Of a stretch of 64,000 nucleotides of DNA, positions 14,401 to 29,400 are shown in pieces (the stretch's first letter is position 1; every line of letters starts with the position of its first letter). Source of the DNA: Haplodiscus bocki (taxonomy: Eukaryota); contig OZ296649.1 of NCBI GenBank assembly GCA_965655095.1, forward strand, positions 44,144,001-44,208,000, written 5' to 3'. The notes beneath the pieces are model-generated. The model worked only from the letters and a program-made list of their open reading frames with translations, was not told the origin of the DNA and did no database searches. The position numbers and the translations under genes are program-made.

Positions 14401-17400
14401 TTTCACCGCGAGTGTTCAGCCCGAAGAAGATTTGGAGATTGAATTTCTCAAAATTACAAATAGCAACACAGTGGAACTTTTTGAAATCAATTGGAACGTA
14501 CAGTTCTTTGAAATCCTGCTCTGCTAGTTCAAATTAGGACGAACCAAAAAAAGGCATAAATGTGAATCCATTGTTCAGATGCAAGTCAGCCCTTAAAACT
14601 GGAATGAGTACAACTGAACATTTCATCGTACAAACGACATCCATTGACCTTGTTTGAGAAATTCTTGCGTGGAACTACTCTCATTGTTTTTCTAATGTAC
14701 ACTGTCCCCTGCTGGCAGAAATTGGTGAAAGTGAACACCAATTGCCGCCTGTGGTTGGTCCTGACAGCGTGATACAGTAAACTGGAGCCTGCAGTAACTC
14801 AAAAAAAACAACAGTAATTAAAAAAGATTGGAATCATTGATATCCGAGCCTTTGAGATTTTCGTTCATAATGAAGTGTTGTCTTTGGAAAAAATCAAGTA
14901 GAGCTGTTTCTTTGCTACGAAGTTTGGTGATTCAAATTTTTTTAATATTAGGTATTTTAGGAAAGCCTAGGACTGGAAAATTTATTATACTTAATTGCTG
15001 GTTCGATTAAAACCGCCATGTTCAGGGCACTATATACAGAAAAAAAAACAGAAATCAACCACAGTTGGGATTTATTGTGACAGAAGAAATGCCTCGAAAG
15101 TCAACAGATATTTAAATTAGATGAAGAAAAAGGACAGGCTTGAACATGCTAATGTGAAATTGCGATTGACTAAAACAAAAGATCCTAAAGCTACTAGTCT
15201 TTCGGGAAAAAACTTCCAAGAGAGCAAGATATTATACAGAATGAACGATCAACTAAACTAGGCTTGATTATCTCAAAAACCTCAATGTCACATCGAACAC
15301 AGCACAATGCAAAAGTAACCCATTTTCACTGAGATGTGAAAGAATAGATAAATGAACCATTCAACGAGGAAAAGTTAAAAACTGACTCAGGAAAAAAGTC
15401 AACTGGTTTCAATTGTATCTACCCAAAGTTTATTAAATTTGCGCCAAACTCAAAAACAGGAGGTTCCACGAACTTCTTCACTAAAGTTCTGGATGCTGCT
15501 GCAGTGCCTAATGATTGGGCCTTCTCAAGTTTATACCCAGTTTTCAAAGCAAGGGACAAAAAACTCTAATATTTACAGAAACATCTCTTCCGCCTGCTGT
15601 ATGTTCAAAATGTTTTCGTTTCTTCTGACTGATAGACTTCAAGAAGACATTGGAAATACCACATTGTTAATAAAAGAACAAGCTGGTTTCAGGAAGCATC
15701 TTTGTTGCATAGATCAAACTTTCGTACTTTCTTCCCTGATCTCAATGCAAATAATGAAAATTTTTTTTTACTTTTATTGTTTATGGAAAAGCATTGGATC
15801 GTGTTCCTCGACATATTCTATTTTCGGAGAGTATAACGTGAATGTGGAAAATTTCAAAAATAATTAGGAACCTATACGAGAAAACTAAAGCTTGTTTTGA
15901 GGTCAATGGAAAATTGACCGGCTTGTTTATCTGACCAATATGTGTGCGACCTTGGAGATACGTTGTTTTTTTTCTGTTCATTTTGTTCCAAAAGTAATTT
16001 CGAAAAGTAGTTACTTCTGAGAATAAAGGCATTAAATGGTTATGGGTCGCTATAAAAATGAACATTTCACGGGGGTTTTTGCTACATTTTCGAGGAAGTT
16101 TATGCTCCTATACGCATACGACACGCTTTTTTTGAAAGAAACAGAAAGTGATATGGTGGAAGCAGAAGACGCAACTAAACAATTTTGTAGAGATAACAAT
16201 TCGTCTCCGAACATTAAAAAGACAAAATACATGATATGTTCCAGAGGTAAAATTAGGAAGAGCGCAAAATTTTTGCTAATAGAGCGCCCACAGGGAGTTT
16301 GATATTTTTACCTCCCTTTGAACAATTTTCAATTATGACATTTATTTTCGAGCTGCAATAAAGCAAGTGGTAGAAAAATGCTGGTAAGCAAATGTGATCT
16401 GAAAAGTCAGCAAAGCTGCATCTTTTCTCCACAATGCGAAAACCGATTTTGCTTTCTGGTTGTGAAATATGGGAGTCAAGATGAAATCGAGGAAACTGGC
16501 ATATCTCTTTGCATTTTCTGGAGAAACATACTATTAATTATGAAAGGCCGTGCAAATGCAATGCTCTACCGTGAACTTGGGCAACAAAAATTAAAATGTA
16601 CAGTTTGGCAGTGAAAGGCGGCCTTTCAGAGAAGTCATGCAATGGAAGACGAAAAACTGTCTAATATTGTAAGAATTACAATGATGAATCGAATGAACAT
16701 CTTTTTGGTTAGTTTCTAGGTGAAGCAAATATCATGATAAACTGTGTGTCTCCCATGATTGGTACTTCTATCAACTCAAAACCTGACCGAAAGTTTAACC
16801 CGTTCAATTTTTTCATTAAGGTCCCAATCGACAGCCTTTTATTAGAGGAAAACTGTTCAAAGCAGTAACCATCGGTTTTTACCTTTGAATCTTGACAGGC
16901 AAAAATTGCCACAAAATTTATTAAAAATGGAAGACTTCCGTTTTAAAGTGTTCATTTTTCAAGAATAACACCTTGATTTTCTTGCATCAAGGGTTCAAAC
17001 GATGGCTCTTTACTTCTGGGGGACTTTTCAAAAGAAACACAATCGATTGTCTTCCATCAGCCAGCATCTTAGTTGTGCTAAAAATGCAAAAAGTGCCCTT
17101 TTTTCGTACATATGTCGATATTAGGATTTTAGTTTCTCAATAAGTTTTAGTTTGAATTCTTGCAACAAAATTTCAGTCAGGATCCGTTTACTTGTGGAGG
17201 ACTATTTTGAAAAACAACAGTTTTTTCCACTGTTGAAATTGGATACTCGGAAAAGTTCAGAAACTTCTGATCTTTTTTCACATATTTCAACATTGAATAT
17301 GATATTTTTTTCTACGATACTTACTTCGCTCCTCCTGCAAAGGTCTAAATCAACAACGCTCTACTGATGGTGAACCTTAAACAAAAAAATAATCTTTGTT

Positions 17401-20400
17401 TTTGTTGTGTCGGATTCCCGGCAAGGCAAAATTGCCAAAAAATATTTTTTTATTCAGATAGCTTGGTTTTGAATCTCAAAAATCTCCAGAAGTACAAGCA
17501 TGATTTCTTCAATCAACGTCTCAATCAGCAGCTGTCTAAATGAGGACTGTTTAATAGAAATATCTCTGATATCCTTCCTTGAATCGATTACCTGATAGTC
17601 CAAAAAGCAAAAGATGGTAATAATTTTAATATATCTGCATTTTCAAGTTCACATTTATCCGTATTTATTGGCTTGAATTCTTCCATCAAGGTGTTCATTT
17701 ACTGCATTCTCTGTAGAAAGGTCATCGAATTACAACTAAATGATCCTTGCACCAATTACAAATTTTTCTAGATAGTCGGAAAATGGCCAATAGCGCCATT
17801 ATTCTTGTTGTTTCGTGGATGTTCGAACAAATAGTTTTCGGAGGCTCTCAACTTGGAATCTTCCAACAAAGTCACAGCCCGAAACTTTCTGCCTTGTCAT
17901 CAGTTTTGTGAAAACCATTTGTTGTTTGTTGGATCAATCATTTCTACACCATACTTTGGATGAAAAATATCGCAGTGTGTCTGAACCTTTTTCCAATACT
18001 TGGACAAAGATGCAAGTGTTTGACCCGCAAAATTGCGCACTACCAAAATGTATCAAACCTGCCATAGATTGAATAAAAAGTGCTAGTGTTTCATTATAAG
18101 AACATTGCGGTCGAAAGTCGAAATTTGGTTCTTTCTTGGAGAGATTACAAATTTTTTGTACTTCCCAAATTTCAAAGCAGCTTTCGAAAAAATTAATGCC
18201 TGCTTTTGAGCGTCTGAATTTCAACTTTCATTAATTCAGGTTCCTCGTGAACTTCCAATTATTTAAACTTTTCGGAAGGTAATTTTGTGTTTTGAGAGTA
18301 GCTTATTGAAGTTTTGAAAGTGAAAAACATTACGGAGTTGGCAGCGTGCTCTCCCAGTGCTTGAGATCTTGTTTTTCTACTGTTTTTCTCAGATTTTGTG
18401 AATTCTGCTGGATGAGAATTCTGCTGGAGATTTTGATGAGATATCTTGCCAAGAAATGCCAAGTTATCGACGATCATGGCAAGGCGAACAAGATTTTTTC
18501 CCAGATAGTGTTCTTTGATTTTCAATCTGTGTGTAAGCTGCTATATCGTAAAATGAGAGCAAAACCTTCTTCGGCACTTACTTTGCCACAAGTAGTCCAT
18601 TTCAGAAACGAACGATTCGACCAGTCATTTTCGTATTACGAAGATGATGTATTTTCAAATTTTTTAATGGACACTCATTCTGTCCTCGCAGAGCGAAGGT
18701 CAATCAATTTTCGACGAGCATCCAATTTTTTTAGCAAAAAAAAATCATTTGGGAGATTGGATCATTATGAAGCAAAACGTTTCCTTTAGCTAGAAAACCT
18801 TCCGACAGATTTAGAAATGAACTTAGAAGCAGATAATGATACATGAATTTCAAAATTTTAGCGAAATGAACCATCCGAAATTGAAACCATTTGTTGTTGA
18901 TGATGTTTTTTACTCAATTTTTTGCAACTCTTTCGGATATCATTCATTAAAAATCATCTCTTGTGTGCAAGTTCACAAAATAGTTTGTAATAATACATCT
19001 TTCTTTTGACTATAGTATGTATTAGATATTTTGGGTAGCCCTAGCTACAACAAGTGGGGCATCATGATGCCAATTACATAATCACAGGAAATAGTTTACG
19101 CCCCATTCATCCTTAAAAATTGAATCCCCAGTTTCCATGTTGGGTTCTGGGAAGAATGGGAGGATTATGTTGTGGATTGGATTGACATCTTACGACAGTT
19201 AGGCTCAGCCTAACTTAAACCTAAAATCGCGCTGTAAAAGTGGGCCGTCTTACCTTGATCAAGCTGTGTCTCATCTCTCAGTAGCTATAATGTTATAAAA
19301 AAGAAATTCAAGATACTTTCCTTCAAATAAATCGATTTTGATTTAAAGAAAAATATCCAAAAACTTTCTGTCTCTGGTCGTGTACACTTTCAAGGGACTT
19401 TTTCGATCATTTTCAACGTCTTTTTGACAGCGGAGCTTGTATTTTCCTGCCTTCATGATTTCATGATTGCTCTTTTCAATGTCCAGCATCTTGGAGTAAC
19501 ATGTAAGATGAAACGAATTTTCCAAAGTAGTGTCTCAGATCATCAGTAGAATTTTGAATCGAAAGTTTCAACTGCGTCACTCCCCGGGTTCGTTTGGGGT
19601 CGTCATCAATCACGGGGAGGAAGGATGTCACACGATTAAACATTGTAGTGCTGTTTGGAGTTTTTCAGCTGGACACATCGTTCTTGGGATTCCGTTTCTA
19701 AGGGTTTTGTCCGAGATCTTGATGATGTCGTCACAGTAGAGCGTGGGTTGATCAGTACAAGCATTGAAGAGCGTTTGGCGCTCGGCTGGTTGAACCTCGG
19801 TCGAGTACATTAGTCGAGGCTTGACAAGATATAACATGACTTCTCCATCTTCATCCACAAGTTCTCCAGTTTACAACATCAATGTAGACCGTAGGTTGTG
19901 GGAAAACGGATCTTGTCAAAATTTGAAATAATTCATCATCTAGCTATTTGGGAAGCAATCAGCTTGAGGAGCAGGAATTGACCATGAGAATTGGGCAATG
20001 TTAAGCGCTTGAACGTCCCTTAAAGATTTTTCCGAGAACCAGACCATTACTGTTTCTTCATTTATCCACGCTCAAAAATATGTTCCTTCTGATAGATCCA
20101 TCCAATGCAATCATTTAACAAGTGTGAAGTTCAAAATTTCGCCGAAGAAAAATTGTATCAGTTCTAACCATTAACAAGTAAGTTTTTTTTCAAAATGCCA
20201 GGTTAAATTAAGCCATTAATGAGTGATTGACCAAATCTGACCGAAAATTAAGAGCTCGGTGTAATCTGTATAATTTAACAAGGAAAACCAAATTTAGAAG
20301 AAACCTTTATATATCATAAGTCGTGGAACAGCTCGACGGAAATGAACATAACGGTTCATCTGGAGGCTTATAAGTTTTATTTGGAAAAAAATTAGTTTTT

Positions 20401-23400
20401 ATGTGAGAAAACATATGCGGAGTTTTGCTTAAACTTGCGGTGAAACATCGCTGAAGTCGCCAAAATGTCAGAAACAGCTCAACTTCTTGCAAAATTTTTA
20501 TCTCAGAAAATAGAAGGGATAATTTTGAAAAAAAAGAACAGTGTAAACTCATTCAAACAAGTCGTCGACTGGAGCAATAATCAGTTGGGAGATGTTACCA
20601 TTCAATTACATTTGAAGCCCCTTGAAAATTTCATAATTCTGCCAAAAAACTACTTGAATGCTCGACACCTCGGTAGGTACAGTCAAATTTCCGTCAATTT
20701 TCCGCGAGATTTTTCTCCAGTTATATTTATCGCCAAGGCTTGTAGAAATCCGAGATCTTGGTTAGGAATTTGATTTTTTCTCTACTTTGCGATTTTTATA
20801 TTTTCAAAAATATTCATTCAACTTCACACTTCATGGCCAATTTGTGCTTTTTTATCTCAATTGCTGACAATAATATATGACGTGCTCTAATTGGCAGCTG
20901 TTACAGTAGTGATTTCAATTAGAGTGAATTCCTGACGAAACTTTCAACATTTTTCTGAACTTTTTTGGTTTTGAGTTTGTGCGGTTCAAAAATTGCTAAG
21001 TTCATGTTAATCACCATCACCACTGTGTATACATACAGCCAATAGAGATTAAGAAAAATAGAATTTATTTCCAAGATGAGTAAAATTGATTAATTCTTCG
21101 TGCAACATATTGCTCTTGTGAATAAATTCTGTCTACATATTCATTGTTTATTGCATTGATTTCCGAATGTGGATCGCCCATAATTAAAGCAAGTGACCGG
21201 CCCGAAACATACGGGGTAGTCAAAAACATTTTCGAAACATTAAACTGCAAAAAATTTCATCAAAAAGGCGGTAAAATGTTTGGTACTTCCTGCTTGAAGG
21301 GTGATTTTAATTTCAGGACCTGTGCAATATATCATGTGCGCGTGAGTAACTTCAACTTCAGAAATGGACCAGTTGATATCGAGCGTCGCTTCTGGCCTTC
21401 AGATGACCCCACACTAGTTTCAGAGAGCATCTTTGCAGTTGCAATCGTGTTCAGTTTCTTCCGCATCATCTACTTGTTTCAGGTCAGTGCTCAAAACCAG
21501 AGCCCTGACGAATCTTAGAAGTTCAGCACTAGGTGTCCCATTGTGCCCCTGTACATCGCTTTCAAAGCCGGCCTAAAATCCACCTTTCTTTAAATTCTCA
21601 TTGGATGCTTGTTTTTGGAAGTTTTAAGATGTTTCATACCAAAAATGCATATATTTCAGCCGTATGTTTTGGTAAGTTTAAGATTAGTTAGACATTGAAC
21701 CAGTGCAGAATGTTTCAACAATTTTCAATTACGTTAATTCACAAGGTTTTTCTGGAAGTATTAAGTGTGCAAGGAACATGCTTTACTATAGAGAATTGAA
21801 ACAATAGTATGTACTTTTGACAAAAACAAAAATTAATTTTTTTTCTGCACCGAGAGGGACAGTTTACCTCCGAACAACACAATGACAATTGATCATGCCC
21901 AGTTTCGAACTAGTGCTCATCGATACTTAATTTCTAGAATTCAGTCAATTTTCAGTCCGTTCCGCCTGAAAATATTGAATTTCGATCGGCTTTCTGTGAC
22001 TTTTGAGAAAAAGCAAAAGCTTAAATTAAATCAGATTAGTTGTTTTTCAAGTTGAAAAACTATTTAGGATGTCAATTATCCAACGAATATGTTCCTTTTT
22101 TTCAATACACAGCCCAACAAAGAACCCATTCTGTCATCGGAAGTGTTTAGCGGTTGCATTGTCCCAATTTTTCGAACTATTTTCGAAAAAATTGGGATTG
22201 TCCCTTCATTACGAGACCACCACTGGAGCATATCGGTTGTCATGCTTTCGACTTCTTGGAAGCTATAATTCGATCAAAATCATGCAGTATGCTTCCATCA
22301 TCATTTTCAGACACGTATTCCATCAGTTTGTCCTGTCATACGCTTTCCTCCTGCAAGATTGTATTCCGTATTTGATTATTTTTTCAACTGTGCCCGCTTG
22401 TGTAGTAGGATCGAAAAGCGATATTTTAATTTTAGGGCTCACAGCTGCTGCCCTTAAAAAATAGGACAGTTGAAACACCAGGCAGCCGGTTTAGACCAGC
22501 AATCAACCAAGTTTTGAAACTAGGCAAACTGGTAGTCGGCCAAATTTTTTCTATTTTTTTTCTGTAATAAATGTCAATACACCACATATGCATAAGATAA
22601 AGCAACGTTTGTTTCTGCACTCATTAGAAGTTTCTTGTTGTCGGAAGAATCTGCCGCTGTCGGGAAAGCAGATACATATTTGGCATTTTCTGACGAAGCA
22701 TCTGAAGGGCCGCGGTGATCTGCATTCACAAATAAGCATCCTTTGGTACATAAGAAACTGGAAGTCCATCGTGTTTCAACGTCCTGTACAATGACCATCT
22801 TCCTGGAAATTTGATATAAATGAGCGTGCTGCAAGGTCTCTAGGTAGAAAAGAAGTTGCAATTCTTCGGGAGTTTTCCTATTGATTGTTTGCATTAGCAT
22901 TTAATTCAAAGGAGTCTTTGACCGCTAGTAGCATTGTACGTGAGCCGCAGTGAATCAAAGCTAATACTACTTTTTTGCCAGAGTTTTCATGTTTGAAACA
23001 TTATCTGTTGAGACGGACTCAATTTTCATGAAATTCATATTCAAGCACTTTGGAGCTTTTTATAATCTCACAGGTTTTCTCCTGATTAAGTCAAGTTTTT
23101 GTCATTGAAACTTATGAAAGCTAAAGTCCTCACTATGTTTTGAAATTTGTGTCCAAAAAAGGCCCACTATAATTTAAAAATATGTTTTCCCGCCTGAGAC
23201 TTCCAATACTCTTAGTGTAAAAACTTACCACAATTTGATACACTCACTGAAATTTGTTTCAGCTTATTATTTTTCGCTACTTTTTTTAATTATGCAAGAA
23301 AAAAATATTCATTCAGTAGGGTGGTTTTTCTTTTTTTGACTGTATTTTTGCCAACTTTTTTCATTTTTAAATAATTTGTGGTTAGGACAAAAAATTTTCA

Positions 23401-26400
23401 AGCAGCAGGTTTGGGTTCGATTCTCTATCATGCCATATAACTTTGTAAATTCACAGACAATTGTCAGAAATTGCAATGGTTCCCATGGCACAATGGGTAG
23501 GACAACAGCGTTCTGAAGCGCTAGGTACTGGTTCGAATTCCAGATTATACATATTTTTTTACTTTATTGGAACGATTTTGCATTTTGAGGATTATTCTTT
23601 TTCTACATCTATCGAAATTAATATTTTCCGCTAACTTTTATTCAGTGATTCATGAATTCAAAGACTGACTTTTGTAGGTACCTTGTTTTTAGTTTATTAT
23701 TACTATTCTTTTCAAAATAACTACGAATTTTCTAACTTTTTCCCATTTGTTTCCCCTGCAAATTTTTCTAGAGCATCCTAGGCAGTTTATGTAAGCACAT
23801 GGAAGTACTTGCAAACACCAAAAGATCCTTTAACGAAAATTTTCGGTACTGTGAGGTTGAGACACAAAACCAACAGCGAAAAATCATGATATGCATGAAG
23901 TTTTTCTATACCAGAAACATTCAGAAACACAGAAGGGTTCCCCAATCAAATTCTTTTGTATGGCCAAACAAAAACAAAAAAATCAGTCGAAAAAGTGAGC
24001 TAACCCCGTTACGCAAACTTCATTGATAACAGAAACTTTCAGAAACACAGACGCTTCCAGACCTACAAAGAGAGCCCCCTACTTAATTTTTGGTATTGTA
24101 ATAATCTGACAAGAAAATTTTTCGACTCTTTTTGGTGATACCCTCATTTGGTTTACCGAAGCCTTCGCACCGATAAAATGAGCAGCGTCAACTTTGACAT
24201 ATTCTCAACTTGTTTTAGTTTCCTTAAAAAAATTTCAGGATGCAAAACACTAGTGAAAGTTTTTTTTCCTCCACAACTTGCGAATGTCATGCAAACTTCG
24301 TTGTGCAGATTTATTAGCCTTTTCTTTATTCCATTCATTCGGTGTTACTGCAAATAGTTAGTGCAAGTTAGGATGTACCAACTCTTAAACAATCTGATTT
24401 AATGTTTCCTGAAACTTTCGTACATTTTAATTCCTTCTCTTAGCTCATTTCCATATCAAAGCAAACACAACCTTAGAGAAAAATGTGGAAATTATCAGCT
24501 ATTTGATGGCACATACCGACAACTAGATAACCGGACTTGCCGCAGACTGTTTTTCGCCTCCATAGGGTCTATTCAACGAGTTTGAACGAAGGGTAATCCA
24601 CAAAATTCACGTTCCTTTTCTATAATTGNNNNNNNNNNNNNNNNNNNNNNNNNNNNNNNNNNNNNNNNNNNNNNNNNNNNNNNNNNNNNNNNNNNNNNNN
24701 NNNNNNNNNNNNNNNNNNNNNNNNNNNNNNNNNNNNNNNNNNNNNNNNNNNNNNNNNNNNNNNNNNNNNNNNNNNNNNNNNNNNNNNNNNNNNNNNNNNN
24801 NNNNNNNNNNNNNNNNNNNNNNNNNNNNATTTTCAACTGTTTTTTTGCCACTTAAGAACAAAATATTTTTTTCAAACAAACATCTCGCAACAGATTTTTT
24901 CATCTTCAGGCACGCATTTTGTTCTTTTTTTACAAGGGCTCTTACAGGGCGATCAAGTGCTAAATTCTTGTTTTTTCTCTAAAATTTAGGGCGGTTCTTA
25001 TACACCGACTATCTTATACGCCGAGCTCGACGATAATCGCCTGTATGTCGACTGGTACGGATCTGTTTCTGATTAAAATTACCTTTTGTATCTGCGGTCT
25101 CGTTTTTATCAAGTTCGTTCTGCCTTGTTTTTTTCTAGCTGGCGGTTTTCGTCTACTTGTAGAAACCATTGTGTAATGAAATATTTGAATCATACGAGTT
25201 ATAATAGTAACAAAGGCCATAATGTTAATAATATAGTATATTGCGGATAATACCGGTAGCTCCTCGCTATTGCTCGTCCCACTGATAATATCCGACAATA
25301 TACCCGCTCGCTCGTTCGCTCTGCTCTCTCACCGGCTTCCCTCCAGTCAGCCTCTCGCTTATATTATTGCTCGGCTACGCCTCGCCTTTTTTACTCTACA
25401 CTAATAAAAAATTCATCATCATTTTTTTCTCTCCACTAATAAAAAAATCATACACATTTTCTTTTTTCCAGCTGTGTAATAAAAAATACATAATCATTTT
25501 TCCTCTCCACAACAACAAAAAAAGTCTGCAAAATTTTAGGTCATTGTATTCCTCCCGAACAAAATCCCGATCAAATGTTCGGGTAAATGTTCGATCAAGT
25601 GAAAATGAAATTGTTCTTTTAAGAAAACTTAAAAGTTTTCTTTGTATTTGATAGATTTTTCTGGTAATATCTTACATTTCTTTCTCCTCGAATATTATAT
25701 TTTTTAGATTTGTCGTTGTTTTTAACATGTCTAGTCTTTTCGAAGTATTCCTTTAGTTTTACTACCATTTATAAGTTAACAAATTATGAATTTTGTTGAT
25801 CGTCATCTTCAGTCAAAATTGGTCTAATAGTTTGTTGTTCGTCTCTAATCAATTTCTCAAATGATAGCCTGTATAATATATTTTCTCTTAAATCATGAAT
25901 ATTTTCAAGAATCTTTTCAATATCATTATTGTTAATTTTTAAAAATATATCATCGATTATAGATAAACTCTCAAGAATTCTAGTCTGTGGAATTGTTTTA
26001 TAAAAACCGTTATAAATACATTTACGTGCTTCATTTAACTCACAAGTAATTCTTATATTTGTATAATCATAGAAGACTGCAGCGTTACAAAAATTTGATA
26101 TATCTTTTATCGTTTCCATTTATAAAAAAAATAGTATTTATACCTAATTATCATAATTTGAATGAAATTTATATGTTCTTAATTTTTTAAACGAGTCTTT
26201 TTCACAATTTGAAACATGATAATCAAACAGATTAACGAAATTTTCATTTGTTTCCATTAATTCAAACTTTTTAATGTTTTCTCTTGTAATTAACTTGAAA
26301 TGTGGATTTAAAAAACAGATGTTTTCCTCACCTATAGCTATACTATATGGTACTAAACTATTAGCCATATTTGAGATGTATTTATATATTTTCTCATTAG

Positions 26401-29400
26401 TTAGAATTGAACATACCATAACACCTCCAATTTATAAATACCTGTGTTTATTATTTTCTACACTTATTTTAAGTAAAAATGTATTCCCGTCAAATACTGG
26501 TTTGTTAAAAGCTCCTAAAACTTCCGTCATCATACAAGATTCGCTTTTACCCAAAACTATTTCCAAAGGCTTTACACAATATATATTATTTTTATCATTG
26601 GAGATATCTTCAAATTTTTGTACCTTAATCCATCCATTATTTTCAAAGGTTACTCCATAACATTTAGTATTATGTTCTGTGACATATATTATAGTCATTT
26701 ATATTGAGTAAAAATTACATTAATCTATCTTCTAAATATTTTATTCTATTAATTTTCATTTTTAATTCTGTATCTATATCTACTATTGTAGCACCCATTA
26801 AAATTATCAATTCTTTAAGAATAACATTCTGAATTAGTGTATCATATCCATTTTTTGATTGATATTTACGTGGTAATCTATTATATCTATCTAACATATT
26901 ATTTATTTCAACTCCTACCTTTGGATCTATTCTAATTACATTTATAAAAGCTTCCATTTTAAAAATGATAATTCAATTCAAATAATCTTATCTTAATAAG
27001 TGAATAGTGACAATCAGCAGGCTTTTATTGTGAGGATGGAGAATATAGAGTACATTGGATGTCTGTGATAGTTTATGTATAGAAAGATATTATAAAAATC
27101 ATCTTGAATCACATACTCATACTAATAACATTGGTAAAATAATATTATTTAAATAAATATGAATTACTATTGTGATATTTGTGATAAAACAATTAATCTT
27201 AAATCTAAAAACAAACACTCAAAATCTATTACTCACAACGAATTAGAAAAAACTTTTCATAAATTTCATTTCATAGAAACTCCATAGTGTTTTAACGTTG
27301 ATGATGTATATAAAGATTTTATCAACAATCACAATAAAAATATTCTTTTTATAATGTAAAATGTAATTTTAATTTAGTCTTTGATAATAATTTTTACCTT
27401 GTATCGAATCTGATTTATATACTAACAAAACGATTTGTTATTGGAAAAAAATTTTAATACACACCATTCAAGATTTCATTAACCAAGGATATAAATTTTG
27501 TCTCATCTTTCTAATATGAATTTTATAACAATTAATATTAAGATGAATATGACATATGAATATTATATGGATCAACCTATGTCTATGTGTGAGAGAAAGA
27601 TAAATATGAATAATGCTAAAAATCCACAATTGATAAATCCATTAGATCGTAATAAAAAACATCCTCTCATCAGAAAATATTCTCATGTACCATTTAATAA
27701 CAATTAAATTTGGATCTTCTTTGTAAAGTATGCGATCGAATGATAATCGAAAATCAATCTGGACATATGAACTACCTAGCTACCTTACGTAAAACAGATG
27801 ATAAAAGTTTATATAAAGTAAATACTGCTAATAATCTTAATTTGGATGAAGTTAATAAAATATTGAATGATTATATCTTTACTCATTACAAAAATTTTGA
27901 TTTTTATTTTATTAATTGTGAATTTGTAATAGAATTTGATAATAACTTCATTGCAAATATACAAACTAAGATTTTTCATAATACAAAATTTATCAATATA
28001 AATAAATATTTATTATATGATATTGATTGTTCTAAATACAGAAGACACAATTTTTAAAATATCAATCAAATGATAATTAATATAATTTGTGATAGAAGTA
28101 ACATGACATATGAACATTATATTAATCAACCGATGCACATGTTTGAAAGAAAAATAAATATCAATATTGCTAGAAATCCACATTTGATAAATTCTTTAAA
28201 TCGTAATAAAAACCATCCTATTATCAGAAAGTTTTTACATATACCATATAAAATTATTGATAAATTATAAAAATTTTTTACAATTATAATTATAATTATA
28301 TTTATTATACATATATGAAAATTTTTGATTATCCAAATCATTAGTATTTAAATATAAAATAACTTATTCATACAAATATAAAAGTGATTATACAATATAT
28401 TGGAATTGCTTTATAATCGTAAATTATGCTTTAATAAATGTGTATAACAAATGTTACTGATGATTATAACGATACTTTATCATTAAATAATAATTGTACA
28501 AACAATGATAATAATGAAAATAATATTGAGATATTAATAACTTTATTTACAAAAATCCCATCTGGAATGTCACTTATCTGTTTAATATCCTTCATGGTGT
28601 ATACCTTACTGAAGCCTTTATTCAACAAAAAAAACATTTGAATATATAAATGATGGATAAACTTTTATACCCGGTTTATCCAGTTAGATGTATCATAACA
28701 GGAACCAGCGAATGTGGCAAATCAGTACTTCTAACAAATTTAAAATTAAGTATTATTAACGAATATGATAAAAAATACATCTACTCACCCAGTCTTCATC
28801 AAGATTTATATCAAAAAATAATTAAATGTTTATTAATTTTATACCTATTAACATAATCCCAAATATTTTAAAGGAAAAAGATATAGATATAGCATTTGAA
28901 GAGATAGTTTTTAATAAAGATTTTGAGAAATCTGATACCGAAATAAAAACCTATGAATCGATAGAAGATTTAAATTTCCCCAAGAATATGATGATGGGGG
29001 TATTTTTATACTAGATGATTTAAATGAAAAAAAATGAATGATCCTAGAGTACAAGCAATGTTCAAACGATCTAGACATAATAATTTATCGATATTCATAA
29101 TCTCTCCAGACTATTACGAACTACCAAAGAAAACGATAAGAGCTAATGGAAATATCTATCACATGTTTAAACCACACAATTTCTTAGACGGTCGAAAAAT
29201 TTATCAAGACAAAGTTTCCATGGACATGACATTAGCTGAATATAAGTACCTAACTAGTGCTTGTTGGAATAAAAATTAACAACCACTTACTATTGATATG
29301 ACTAAAGATAAGTTCACAGGTCGATATCTATTAGGATTAAATAGTATATTTGTGCGGAACAGTTCTCTATTTTGTATTTATTAATTGAGTATTTATTCTA

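Noticed and set aside
16700-20100. Coding-like minus-strand fragments (possible NTPase or transposon remnant)
   Set aside because: No diagnostic motif could be read reliably.
24573-24982. ORFs with X runs
   Set aside because: Artefacts of the 200-N gap.
25216-25226. Reconstructed empty site GCCATAATGT-TTG-ACATAATGGC is an imperfect palindrome
   Set aside because: The TSD is off-centre relative to the palindrome, and one site cannot show a target preference.
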